NCBI GenBank assembly: GCA_973895155.1
Contig: OZ316893.1
Location: 25,533,520-25,597,519, forward strand
DNA: 64,000 bases
Reading direction: 5' to 3'
Origin: Marsupella aquatica
Lineage: Eukaryota; Plantae; Marchantiophyta
Within the stretch, counting starts at the first letter, position 1. Every line of letters begins with the position of its first letter. Shown piece by piece: positions 36,402 through 48,800 of this stretch. The position numbers were made by a program, and so were the translations under genes. Under the pieces are notes generated by a model that was given only the letters and a program-made list of their open reading frames with translations, ran no database searches and was not told where the DNA came from.

Positions 36402-36819
36402 GAAAAACCAAATTTCATTATTTGTGTTTGAATCAAGGCAAAGTAAAATAGTTTGACCCTGTAACTCTAAAACAAATGGAAAACTGAAAAGCAACATTTC
36501 AAGTAAATAAAGAAAATGGTCAAATGTGGGTGAAAGAAAATAATCTTTGGATGAGTTATGATTGGTATGTCAATGTTTTTTGGTAATCTGTTTCAATTTT
36601 CTATTTTATCTACACATTTTTGAAATAATGACAAGTAGAAAGAAACTCTTCAACTACTCTAACATTTACCAAGGTAGCATAAGAAACCCAAGAAATTTTT
36701 CAACTTCTTTAATATTTACCAATGTAACTTAAAAAACACTTTGGCTACTATGGATAGAGGAGTAACAAGCCAAGGTAAGAAACACAATAACTACTAAGTG
36801 ACTCTAAGACCTTTCAACC

Positions 36820-37800
36820 ACTATTTTTATTTTTAAATTCCAATGGGGGAAGACCCCCACAACTTTATTCCATCGGGAGACCTAGACAAAAAAAAAATTC
36901 TGCCTGATAGGATGAGGCAGGGGACCAAAAAACCAATTAATGGGGGCAAATGAGAGGAAGCACACCCAGAGAAAAAGGAGGACCCTCCCTACCAGACTGC
37001 CGGAGAGAGGGCTAGTCAAAGATGGCAAGAGGGGGCCAAACAAAGCCAGATGGCAGAGAGTACCTAAAACAAACAAAGAACCAGTATGAACCAGAAGCAG
37101 CAAACAAAAAGCATGGAACCCAGCCAGACATCCAACTGATTGTCAACCAAGTTCCTTCCTCCACTGGCAGACCACACAAAAAAACCTCCTTTCATCACAG
37201 AGAGAACCCCGGGACCTTGATTACTAGGAAGACTCATAAAGCTAGCCGACGACAGTCCCATTTGGTCCGCCAACCGGGATGAACCGCAAACATTGATCTG
37301 AGAAACCAACTGACCGAGGGGTTGAGCCAAATATTTGCCATCGATGTTTACTCCCCCCATCCCTTACTCGCCTTAAATCATCCCCCAAATACGTCAGTCT
37401 CCCTGAAGGCAAATTGTTTGAGATTCCCCGGTGGATGCAATACTCTGCGCCTTCCAGCCTAGGCATCCCAATATCATGTGGGTAGCAAAAGATAATCCCG
37501 AGGAGAGGACTAAATATCCTTACTCAGAGCAAGAAGAGAATAATATATGGATGCGATGGATAGGACGTAAGGGAGATAGAGCAGATTCGAGAAGGGTGGG
37601 CCTGTGTGCTTGTCGGTAGCCATTTTGATCGCCAAAATAATGTTCCTGATTGTCAAAACCAACCATTTGGGACAGAGAATATCTTGCTGCCAGGGAGAAC
37701 CGACCAATCCGTTTATCCAAATAATCCCAATTGTTCTCCAACATAAAAAATAGCCAGCTCAGAGGAGGAAGGATAGCTCAGAGAGAGTCGATCATATTGA
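36820..37800 (-). mobile_element. Probable 5'-truncated LINE-like retroposon 3' fragment
   Basis: The minus strand ends AATAAA, then a TGGGG-GTCTT-CCCCA stem-loop, then an A-rich tail (36820-36870). It is preceded by a T/C/G-rich UTR and broken reading frames. Confidence 0.4.
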
Positions 37801-38504
37801 TTGTCTTGGCCAGAATCCCTACGATGAATACTGCCAAAAGCTCACACGAGAATATTAACTCAGACTGCCACTGACTACTTTGTCTGATATCTACCCGGAT
37901 ATCTATAGTCAAACTATTCTCATAACTATCCAGATGATCATCTTATTCCTGCTTAGACCTCACACTTTATAACTAAATCATATCTGGATTGAGAATAAGT
38001 GAACAGAAGAATTCTAATAATGCATGCTACGAGAGAAGATTCCAAAGCCAATCCACGAGAGATTATGCTTTAGAAGAATAGAAAATACATCTATCACTGC
38101 AGATAATTATGTTTTTTTGTTTTGTTTCTTTCAGAGAAAAAAATAGGAAGCCTATAATAGTTGACAAATGCCACCAATGAGCCCAGGGAAAAGGGCAAGG
38201 GTGGAAATCTGCTATAGAGGGCACCAGAGAACCACACAGCCACCTGAATAGTGGGGTTCAACCCCAGGTTATGAATATTATGAATTTTCAACTACCTTTC
38301 AATTACTATTGACAAAGTAATAGTTTACATGAACTATATGCCTGGAATGTTGCATGTATTATATAGACATGCATAGAGGTACTAAGAGATATGTCTTACA
38401 TGGAGAATTACCCCCTATTACCATGAATGTATTCATATTTGTCTTCAATGAAATTGTCCTAACTACCTTTAAAATTCACTTCGTTTCAAATCCTCCATTT
38501 CATC

Positions 38505-38830
38505 TTTGGCGCTTTTATGGAGATGAATATATAGTCCAGATTTTCTCTCTCTTTGAAATTTTAGGTGCTTGAATGGAGCATAATGCACAGTCCAGACATT
38601 CTCTTTGAATATTTATGTGCTTTATGGAAAAGAATGTACAATCCAGATTTGTGGGGAGTTGTGAAACGCTTGTTGTAACTTTGGGTGCTTTTAAGGAGAA
38701 GGCACAGTTGTGGATTTCCACTTTCAAGTTTTGGGAGCTTTTATGGAGAAAAGTGCACAGTCCATATTTTCTTTCTCTGCTTGAAATTTTAATTGCTTTT
38801 ATGGAAAATAATGCACAGCCCAGATTTGCA
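38505..38830. repeat. Degenerate continuation of the 52-bp satellite (~6 units)
   Basis: Recurrent gcttttatggag(a)..aatg.acag(t)cc motifs at ~50-60 bp spacing. Confidence 0.7.
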
Positions 38831-41800
38831 TTGGGAAATATGTAAAGTCTACTCTGTATTTAGTTTTGCTTAAAACCAAAGACTACTGAGGCATGTAAAT
38901 GTAATAAACAGGGTGTTATGAGGGAATGATGGGCAACAAGAGCCCCTCAAACCTTGAGTCATACCCCTCATTTGGGGGGGGGGGGGGCAAATATGATCCA
39001 GGATGCTCTGTTACCAAGGCATTATGGGCGAGTCACTTTGTTATTTAGGGCATTGAGCATACTAGTCTCTCACTTGAACTACTCAGGACTCTTCAAATAG
39101 GGGATGAAACAATTGGAACGGCTTTGGGAAGTGTTTTAATTGCTCTAAGTCACCAGCAGTCTCCATTTTAAATTGGGGCTTACATAGTATTATAGTTAGA
39201 GTATACAGATAATCTAGAGAACTGTTTTGGTGGCATTGCATGATAATTTGGAAAGACACCTAATGGAGAAAGATACCTAAAATTTAGTCATTGGGAAATA
39301 TACCAGTTACCCTCGCAAGTTAACAAAATTACCAAAATACCCCTCTTAATTGTATAGAATGAAATTTACTGTTCCTTATGCCACCACCCCTATCAAGAAT
39401 GGCCATTGAGAGTCATAAAGCAAAATGTACTAGAGTTGCTATGTAGTGTGCACTTTTGTGAAGTTTTACAATACAATGTAGGCTATCAATGATCCATTGA
39501 AAGCCAAAGTAACACAGTGCCACAACCACTTTGAAAGACAAATATCTTAGCAAGTAATGGTGCAATCTTCTATCCCTTTGACAGAGCTTTCAATTATAAC
39601 AAAGTGCCATGTAGGATTGGAGGAATCTTAGTTATAAAGCGCAAACCCCAAGCTAGAGTTGGGGGCTAGGCTTCTAGAGTGAAGCCTCTAGACAGTAAAA
39701 CCCTTCCTGAACCATAAACCTTCACACTAGGGTTAGTTAACCTTTGTTTAGATTAGGATAAGATTCACATTACTTAAGCCCACACATGTTAGTAAGGTTG
39801 GAAGGAGGACATTATCTCCCTCATTCTTCACATAAACTTTCTCATGAGCTATGGATCCTACAGAAATTTCTCCATTCTGGTGTCTTGTTGGTGTCATATT
39901 AGATTGTGTGCACTCTCATGTTCCGCATTTGTTGTCTCGTCTGAGCCAACAGTTTCTTACATCCTCCCCCCCCCCAAAAAAAAAAAAACCAAAATAAGAA
40001 TAATAAATTGTCCCCTACCTCCTTTAGAAAAGCAACTGAAAATTGCTAGAATATACTCAAGTGAACCTGGTACCTCCACCACATAGGTCTCGCGTGCAAT
40101 TCATATCAACTCATATTATTTATATATTTGTCTTTAATAAGTCAAAAAGTAGGCTACCTAGGGCCCCACTCTATACTCAGCTTCAAAATCTTGGGTCTTG
40201 GTTTTCTCAGAGCTAACTTCACCTAGTGCCTCCTTGTATTTCTAGCTTCAAAATCCAGCTTTAAATCACACTTTATATTATAAACTAACCCAATACCCTG
40301 TTGTGTTGCACATTCCTATTGTTGACAGTGTGAAAGTCAGTTGTTATTTTGGACAGGTTGTCATTGCAACCATGTCAAAGTGTTTTTCTTTTGGGTGAGT
40401 GGGTGGTTGTTAGGATTGTGTTGTGGTTGCGACCATATTGTACGTGATTGTTGATAAAGTGCTGTTGATGCAACCATCTGGTAGTTGCAGAATTGTTATT
40501 GTTGCAAAAGTATAATCATTTTGCTTGATGTTGTAGTTCTGACCACCTGTTTGCCATTTTGATTGCCTATATATAGTTTCTAGTGAAAATCAATTGTTGT
40601 TTCAAGAAGAACATGGGAGCAAGTCTCCTGAGAATTTAGTGACATTGGATAAGTCATCACATCTTGAGTGACAATAAACCTATCCGTAAACTGGTCTAAC
40701 CCTGGACCAGTCGTGCGCGATAAGCAAAAAATAGTGCACAAAATCAGAAATGAAGAATCAACATTTTCCCCCAATCCAAAGCCGCAAGAAACAATTTTCC
40801 CAACCAAAATTGACTCAAAAAAAGTTTTGCAGAATTTAACCTTAGTTTGTTGACTCGGGTTATAGTATGAGTTTAGGGCATCTTAGTTTTGGTTGTTCCC
40901 CTGTCCTCCTCCAAGCTGTGCACCCTTTCTTTGGGATCAGGAGCGATGGGAGAAAAATTGGATAAGCAAGCGGGAGCAAGATTGAGGCTAAAGTATGGAT
41001 CCAAGCACGGGTAGAATCTGCAATCCTCCATCTGGTTCAGGTTTTCCTTACAAGCGCTGCATCGCTATTGGTGATTGAATTGCTTGCCTTCAATTTGGCT
41101 AGCTTTAGTCCTGTGTATCGCCGTAGTCAATTGAGATTTTTGTATTTTAGGGGTTAGATACATTACAAGTTCTCTGGACAAATTATGGATGGATTGCATT
41201 GGAGCTTTGATTACTTGACTTCTAATAATTTTCAGTTACATACCTACACAATGTCTCCTGGCTGGGGCTTTGCTTTTGGTGCGTTTCTTGAGCTTTTCTA
41301 ATATCTATGGAAAACTTTAGTTTGAGTATTGGTTGTTCAGTCTGAGTATCTGTTGAAATGATTCCAACTGCATTATAGTAGGAGTGCAATTGATAGACAA
41401 AGGAGAGCCTTCTCTTTCTTGGTGCGCACAGTAGGACCCATCTTGAATCATACTTGTCTAGTATAGTGTGTCTGTGATGGAAAAGACAAGATTGTGTAGT
41501 ACTGTGAGTCCATGGCTCTATCCAACAGGATTAATAGGGTAAATTTCACTTTAATGAGCTACAGTAATAAATCATCTGAGCTGGTTGTGGGAAACGAGAC
41601 CTTCAAATTTTGTCAAGGTGTTGAGATTTTGCCTTGACTCTTCTTTCTATGTTTCAATGTCTATCATGAGTTGTGTCCTGACAACTCTATCTAGGGGAAA
41701 TCAAAAAAATTGCTTAATAGTAACATGTGACGACAATTAATTATGCGCAGTTTACTGTAGATGCAAGAATATTGTGAAGTGGATATTTTTAGAACTGAAA

Positions 41801-44800
41801 AGCTAATTATTAATCAATTTTTACCAATTATTTGCTTTTGTGAGAATCAAGATGAGTCAATTATCATTTGAGTCTGCAGTCAGATTCCTCTTGGGATCAA
41901 TTCAATTCAAATTGCGTTTCCATCACCCTGAAACCCTGCTGTTGCCATTGAGCTTCTCTTCAAATAGCAGTCACTAAAGTCCCATTGATGAATCCATTCC
42001 CTCCTCCCGCAATGTGTCTGCCGTACTTAATCACTGTGGAGGGCAATTCTCATTCACACTCTCAACAGTCAAAGATTGTCCAGAGAGTCTTTGGAATCAT
42101 CAGCCATTCCAAGAAATCCCATCCACTTAGAGATTTACATGTGTTGCACTTTGGACTTGCCCGTGATTACATTGAATCAAAGTCAATTAACCTGGGTCAA
42201 ATTTGACTACTGGTTCAAACTCCTTTCAACGATGTATGAAACGTGATGGCAGTTTACATATAGCAGGGGCCTGACAAAGTTCAGGAGAAAAAAAAGCCAA
42301 AACCCTGCACTGAACAGTGGATGACATATGCAGGTAGGTTTAATGTAATGAAAAGCTGTTACAAAGATAATTGTTGGTCCTTAGAATGAGGTTTTGTATA
42401 CACCATAACCCAAAAAAAGTGTAATCTCACTCTAATAAGGGAGGCAACCAAAGAGCCAAGAGGCGAGGAGCCAATCAAGGGGAGCACCTCTAGAACAATC
42501 GGGAGCAAAAGGCCTAAAACCTTACTTATCTGCAAACTGAAGAGCGTGGTAGAGCTTCAAGGTGGATTGCATAGGAGGGTCTAGCAAAGGAATCTGTCCA
42601 GATACCCTAGAACAATAAGGAATTCTTCTTTTACTCATCTATATTTATGTTCAACAGGTAGTTAGAATACTACCAGGCATAAGTGCACTCAGTGGGTAAT
42701 TGCAGGGGTTGGTCGTGTAGTCCCCTAATATTATAACATTTTTCTTTGTAAATGCACCAAAATATACACTGTCTGTAAGTGCAATTCAATGTCACTAAAC
42801 AACAACTATATAAGCACAGTTATGTCTATGAAAGTGCACATGCATTTATCAATTCCTGCAACACATATGTTGAAAGCATCTACTATATAATAAGTGCAGC
42901 CCACAACTACACATGGTAGTTTCATGCACATATTAAGTGGAATTGTGCATTAGAGGATTTGGGGATAAGGAGTCCGACGCATATGACCTGGCAAGACACT
43001 TGCCAAAGTGCATAAGCTATTTCACATGCATTGTATGCACTTACAGGAAAGTGCAACTTGCCCACATGGAGAAGTGCATAAATGATGCCCATGCACTTAT
43101 GACATAGTGCAGGTTGTGGATAAGTGCATTTTCTCAGGAAGGCAGGTTACCGGAATGTAAACATTTATGGAGGCCCTTGATATTCCCATAATCTATTGCC
43201 CGGAAATGAACTTTTTTAGGACAGAAATTTGACTATAATGTATGTCTAGGCAAGGGTTCTAGCCTAACAGTGCTCCAAGAAAGCTCACAAAACTTTTATG
43301 TTTACTGTCTATCAAGTTTTCTTCATTTTCTGTTCACAAGATTGTTGCTAGTCAAGTTTTCTGAGCTTTTTGGTCAAAAGGTTAAAGGATAGTAACCCCA
43401 AACCAAACCTGCATTATCCTATACTTGCGGAGAGCCTGCGCTTCAACAGGGTATGCATTATCCAATACTTCCCCTGCCGATAATCACACATCAAAATCGA
43501 GATCAAAATGTGATGCATAATATACAGTGTGCACTCGCTAATTTAAAGAAAATAAAGACATTTTCATGGTACAGAATGATGTCATACACAATATATGTCA
43601 TAGTTTGTGTGCAATTATTGGGCCTCCAATACTTCAGGGGAGCCTGTTTGTGACAGGGCCCCAAACCCGATAGTAATTTAGTGATGACTTATAATTGCAT
43701 ATATAAGTAGAAAGACAAGTAGGTGTAGTAAAAGTGTTTGGATTTTCAAATTTTTTTGATTTTTGTTAGTTTTAATAAATGGATGCGACAACCAAAGGCC
43801 GGAGTTGAGAGGGGTGCCGGGCGGTGATGGATGACAAGGGAACCATTGAGGGGGTACAAGGAGGCCACAAGGCATCCCAAGGACTTGGTGCCAAGGTGTG
43901 GGCATCTTGGAGGGGTGGGGGCTGGTCGGAGGCTCCACGTAAGGCGCAAAACGGGAAGAATGACCAAAATATAGAAAACATTAAAACTTAAAATAGACTT
44001 GTTGCGCTAGTACTACTCCAAACATGGTCATGTTTGGATTCATTTTAAAGCTCTCAATGAGCCCCATGCGAAAATGTGGTTCTCTAGTTGATTTTAGGTC
44101 TATATCAAACAGTGACATCTTGAGGGACCTCAATGCTCGTAAAACGGCAAACTAGACAATCTTGGAGTAGTGATGGTGGGAGGGCCCTTAGAACGAAGGG
44201 GTTCCCACACTTGTGTTCCCCTTCACCCTTTGTGTGGTCCTCACATGGTTTTTGCTCTCTTTCCCTTCCCCACTCCGTAGAGGGGCACTCCGTAGAAGAA
44301 CCACTCCGTAGAAAGGGCACTCCATAGAAGAACACATTTGTAGAAGGGGCCCTCACACTTTCTTCCTTCCCTTTTTCTCTATTCTCACTTGTGGGGTTTC
44401 CACCCATACCTAAACCCTAAACCCTTTCCCTCTTGTGCTTGCTTTCAACGTGTGTACGGACCCTGGTTATACGAACATCAGATTTTCAACCATCTCAAAA
44501 TCAGGAGTCTACGGGCTTGTTGGAAAGAGCTCGCTGAGCTGAATCCAACGATGTGTCACACGGCCGAAATGGAGCTAAGACGGGGGAGATAGAACAGATC
44601 ACATTTTTTGAGAATACAGGGGTTTTGAGGTCGTACGGACGTCCGTATGGCAAGAGGTCCCGGCTTTGGGAAGGAGGAGGTAGCAGCACATATGGAGAAC
44701 CCGTGATCCGTGTTTTGCAAAGCCGGGCCCCCCTGATGTTGTACGGACGAAACGGAGGGAGACGGTGCCCCATGAAAAGTTAAACGATCACATCTTGGCC

Positions 44801-45808
44801 GTTTGACCTCCATTTTGTGCACCGTTTATGGAGCCGTGATCAGGAAGAGGAGGGCTCCTCAGATATGTTTTCAGAAGTGAATTCTGAGAAAATTTTAGTT
44901 TCGACAATTATAGGGGCCCCCTCTTTTTACAACGGATCGGTGATGGCGATCAAGAGGATTGAGGCTGGTAAGCAGGGTAAATAGATAGGATAGGAGGTGG
45001 TGGACTCAAGTGAGTCCTTGTTTAGTGGAGTGGTATCCACTCCAATTGAGAGTGATGAGGAAACCAACTCACGGGGCTCAAGCCATGGCACCGTGAGTGA
45101 GGAGGAGGACTAGGGTGGCCGTACGGACTTGGTCGTACGACTTCTTGACTTTGAAAACTTTTTGGAAATGGGCACTCACGGGCTTGTTGGAAAGAGCTCG
45201 CGGAGCTGATTCCAACAAGAGGTGGCGCTCCTCAAACGGAGCCAGGATGAGCAAGTTCAAGCTCGACGAAGTTGGTCGGTATGGGAAACTAAAACGACCA
45301 TAACTTGGTCGTCCGATGTCCGTTTTGGGTGCGGTTTGGTGATTCATGATCAGGGGGAGCAGGGCTACCCAGGAGTGAGCTCAAAGGTGAAATCAGAGTG
45401 ACACCTAGTTTTGGCAATTGCATGGCCTATTATATTTTCACGATTTACAAAGTGATTGCGCCGTCGAAGGCACCGTCGGTCCCTTAGTTAGGTAGGGTTT
45501 AGGGGTATGTGTGTGCCGCATACCGCTAGGGTTTAGTGATGTTTACCTATTGGTGATAAGGTTTTAGCGGCGCTGCTAGGGTAGCCGCCATCGTGGTGAC
45601 CTCGTGAGGGGTGCTTTGGTGTGTTTGTTTCCAGTATTTAAGGGGAGAGCCCCGGAGTAGTTAGGGGGGGAACTCAGTGTAGTGCTTTGATGCTTTTGAG
45701 TAGCGTTTGTGAGTAGCGCACCGATTAGGAGGAGTTCAAGCCAGAGTAGTGAGGTGGAGAACGTAGCACTTGTCACCGGGAGGCAGGAGTTGGGCAGACG
45801 GCTGGAGG

Positions 45809-48800
45809 TGTGGTGCGTCCCATGGCTTCCTAAACCCCAGAAACCCCCCTTCACAAGCCGATTCCCGTAGGTTTCGCGTTTGGCGAGGCCATTTTCGCGG
45901 CTTAGTGGCATGGGACGCTACTAACCTCCTTCTACTACTACTATTAACATTTTACATATATATACTGGACAGATCCTTCATCGGGTCATGAGATACGTAG
46001 CCGGCCTAACCTAGGCCTTCCCTTGTCTTCCCCTCCTTCTTGTTAGGTATATTTGGATTCTGCCGCCGGAATGATCCCCAATAGGCTTGGTTAAGCCGCT
46101 AAGACCTTTCTCAGCTCGACACATCCAACTCTCACTCCCTTGCTTACTTTCCTTCATCTATTAGTTGATGTGGGCACTCTTCATACAAGTTAATGCGACA
46201 CACAAATAGCAAAATGACTCCTTCTGACTGAGTCATACCATGCACTTGCCATACAAACAGTACATCTCATACACAAGCTCTGCAAACTAAGCCGTGAGGC
46301 CAACTCTATTCAGTTCTTAGGCATGAGGAAACATGAATATACACAAGGGTCACTGTATGACTAACCGAGAGCTTCTCTTACTACTTGATCCTAGCCCGGC
46401 TGGTGCAACTAAAAACTTGCTAAAGAAGAGGCCCTGAGCTCCCCGCTGCCCAAGTACTTATCCTGGTAGTGGATCCGCCTAATTCTTTGTAGCGTAAGCC
46501 TAATCTACCTAACTGAATCTACCTATGTACAGCGAGGCAGGAGTACAAGTGTTGCTCTTACCAGTGGAACCGCCATCCCACTAAGCTAAGTGTCAGAGCC
46601 GCCTCCTGGTCCTGATCCTAATCCTAAACTTAGAGATCTGAGCCCGCCCTGCCCCCTCACGCCTTCTCCCTCCACGTCCACCCTCCTTGAAAGGAGCGGC
46701 CCTCCACCACCATCATGGCAGCGGTGTCTGTTCCTTAGTGGACGCCCCAACGCTTCCTCCTCAGCCACTACCGTAGGTTCATTCTCTGACAGATTACCTG
46801 CCCTTGACTAAGTCAACTCTCCATCGGCCTGACTGGGTCCACCCCCGGCATCGGCATTGGCATCGGCTTCAACATCAGCCTCGGCTACGGCCTCAACCTC
46901 GGCTTCATTACCGAGTATCCTGGCCTCGGCTTTGTCATCCCCTTCTTCTAGGGTAGTTGGATCCTCTGCCGTAACCCTGCCTGAGGTTGGTGCTGGGTTT
47001 ACCTCCTTGGTCACCACGGCCTATGGAGCCGTATTAGTCCTTGACCCTGAAGGTTTCCGCTTCTTCTTTTCTGGTTTGGCAGTTGGCCCCTTCCCCTTCC
47101 CACTTACTTCCGGCACTGGTGCAAATGGCGCGGCTTGTCCTTCGGCCAGTACCACTCCTGGTAACTTAGTGGCCTCAATTTGAGTTGGCCCTGATGAAGC
47201 CAAACACTTAAATACTGCGGCTTGTTTCTTTAGGCGCTCCGTTTGGTTGTCGGCTCGTCGTTGTAAGTTCTCTAGCTTCCGCGTGCTTTCCTCCAACTCT
47301 TCCTTCACTTTGTCCAGGTCCTTGCGCGCCTCCTCGAGCTCCTTCTGGGCTTCCTCCAATTCCTTTTTAAACGCAGCTCTCTCCTCCCGGGTCGCTCTTA
47401 ACTCCTTGTCGAGCTCTACAATGATGACAGACTCCATCTGGTTCATCTTGGCGTAAGTCTGATCAAGCATATTGTCCTTCTCATGCAGGTCGGCTTTGAA
47501 GCTGGCCGTCAGTGACGCAAGCTCCTGCTGCAGCGCAATAATCCATTGATAGGATTTCCCTAACTCGGCCTCCTTCTGCTCAAGGGCTCCACGGATAACC
47601 TCGAGCTCCCCCTTCAATGCCCTTTCCCTTCTCTGGGTCTCCGCCATGGCCCGGTTGTTGGCTGTTATGTGGGCCTCCTCTGCATCCCTCAGCTCTCGCT
47701 TCCACTTCTCCCGCTCCTTGATCGCATTGGCCAACTCTCCTTGGGTTCAAGTCAGTTTATTCTCGATAATCCGATTATCAGACTGTGCGGTATCCAATTG
47801 GCCCTGCATGATATTTAGCTCATGCCGCTTAATCCGCAGCTCATCTTGGGCTTTCTTGGCCGCCCTCAGGTCTTTGATTTCGGTTTCCCTTGCCCTAAGC
47901 CGACGGATGACCTCGTCCTTCTTGCTTCTTTCCAAAGCCACCGCTTCTTCTAATTGGCACTTCTCCAACATCTCCCTCTGAAAAAAGGGTCCTTGCTCCA
48001 ACTCCTCCCCAAAGATGCTGAGCGCCAGCTCTCCACACATTTCCCCGTACTCCATGGCTCTATTTTTAGCATAGGTGGAGGAAGTAGAAGTCATCGGCAT
48101 CATCCACCGCGGCCTTTGTTCCCAAGCCGCCTTGCGGATCTCTTCTATTGTGGCTGGAGGGATGCTTCATTTTTCTGCAAGCCGCCTGATGTCCTCTGGC
48201 CATTCTCCTCCTGGTAAATCCTTTTCCCTAGCCAGGGTTGCCTCCTCTTCTTCCCTGATTCGCTCCTGAAATTCCTGCACCGTCTGTTTTATGCCGTCAA
48301 AGCTCGGGGGAGCGACATCTGGTGGGGGAGACTCGGGGCTGCTCTGCTGGCTTGGGTCTCCTTGAACTACTCTTGGGAGCGTGGGGATGAACCGGCCACA
48401 GGTCCTTACTCCTGGAACATGATGATCCGACCCGTAGCCGGAGTCATCATTGCTGTAGTCCTCGGCTTGGACTACCGGCTTCTCCCGCTGTTCTCCTGGT
48501 TTTGTCGTGAACATGGCTTCACCTCTCACCGGTCTTGGTTCCTCCTCCGGCTTCCGTGTTGATCTCTTGTTCTCCTTGTCGTGGCCGGGAGCTACGGCCT
48601 GCTTCTCCTCGGCTTCAGGACTTGAGGCTCCTACATACATTCGGACTCCCGGCTCGTGTTCCGGCCTCCTTCTCTCCTTGACCCCAGTAAAGGGGTTTTC
48701 CCTTGTAAGCCGGCTTAGGCCTACCTCTGGAGCAGTGTCCTGCATTGGTGCCGTTGCCGTTGCTGTTGCTGTTCTCTTTTCCTTCTCCAGCAATTTCAGC

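Noticed and set aside
38973-38987. Poly-G run (and the C/A runs at ~39966-39988)
   Set aside because: Simple homopolymers with no supporting structure.
40860-42400. Promoter- and intron-like sequence suggesting an unannotated gene
   Set aside because: No coherent coding exons could be assembled.
45922-45935. Minus-strand PPT and LTR start, making 43649-45922 the 3' LTR of the ORF-bearing element
   Set aside because: The start would be AG rather than TG. Two perfect TSD pairs (CTGTT, GGAGG) support the nested model instead.
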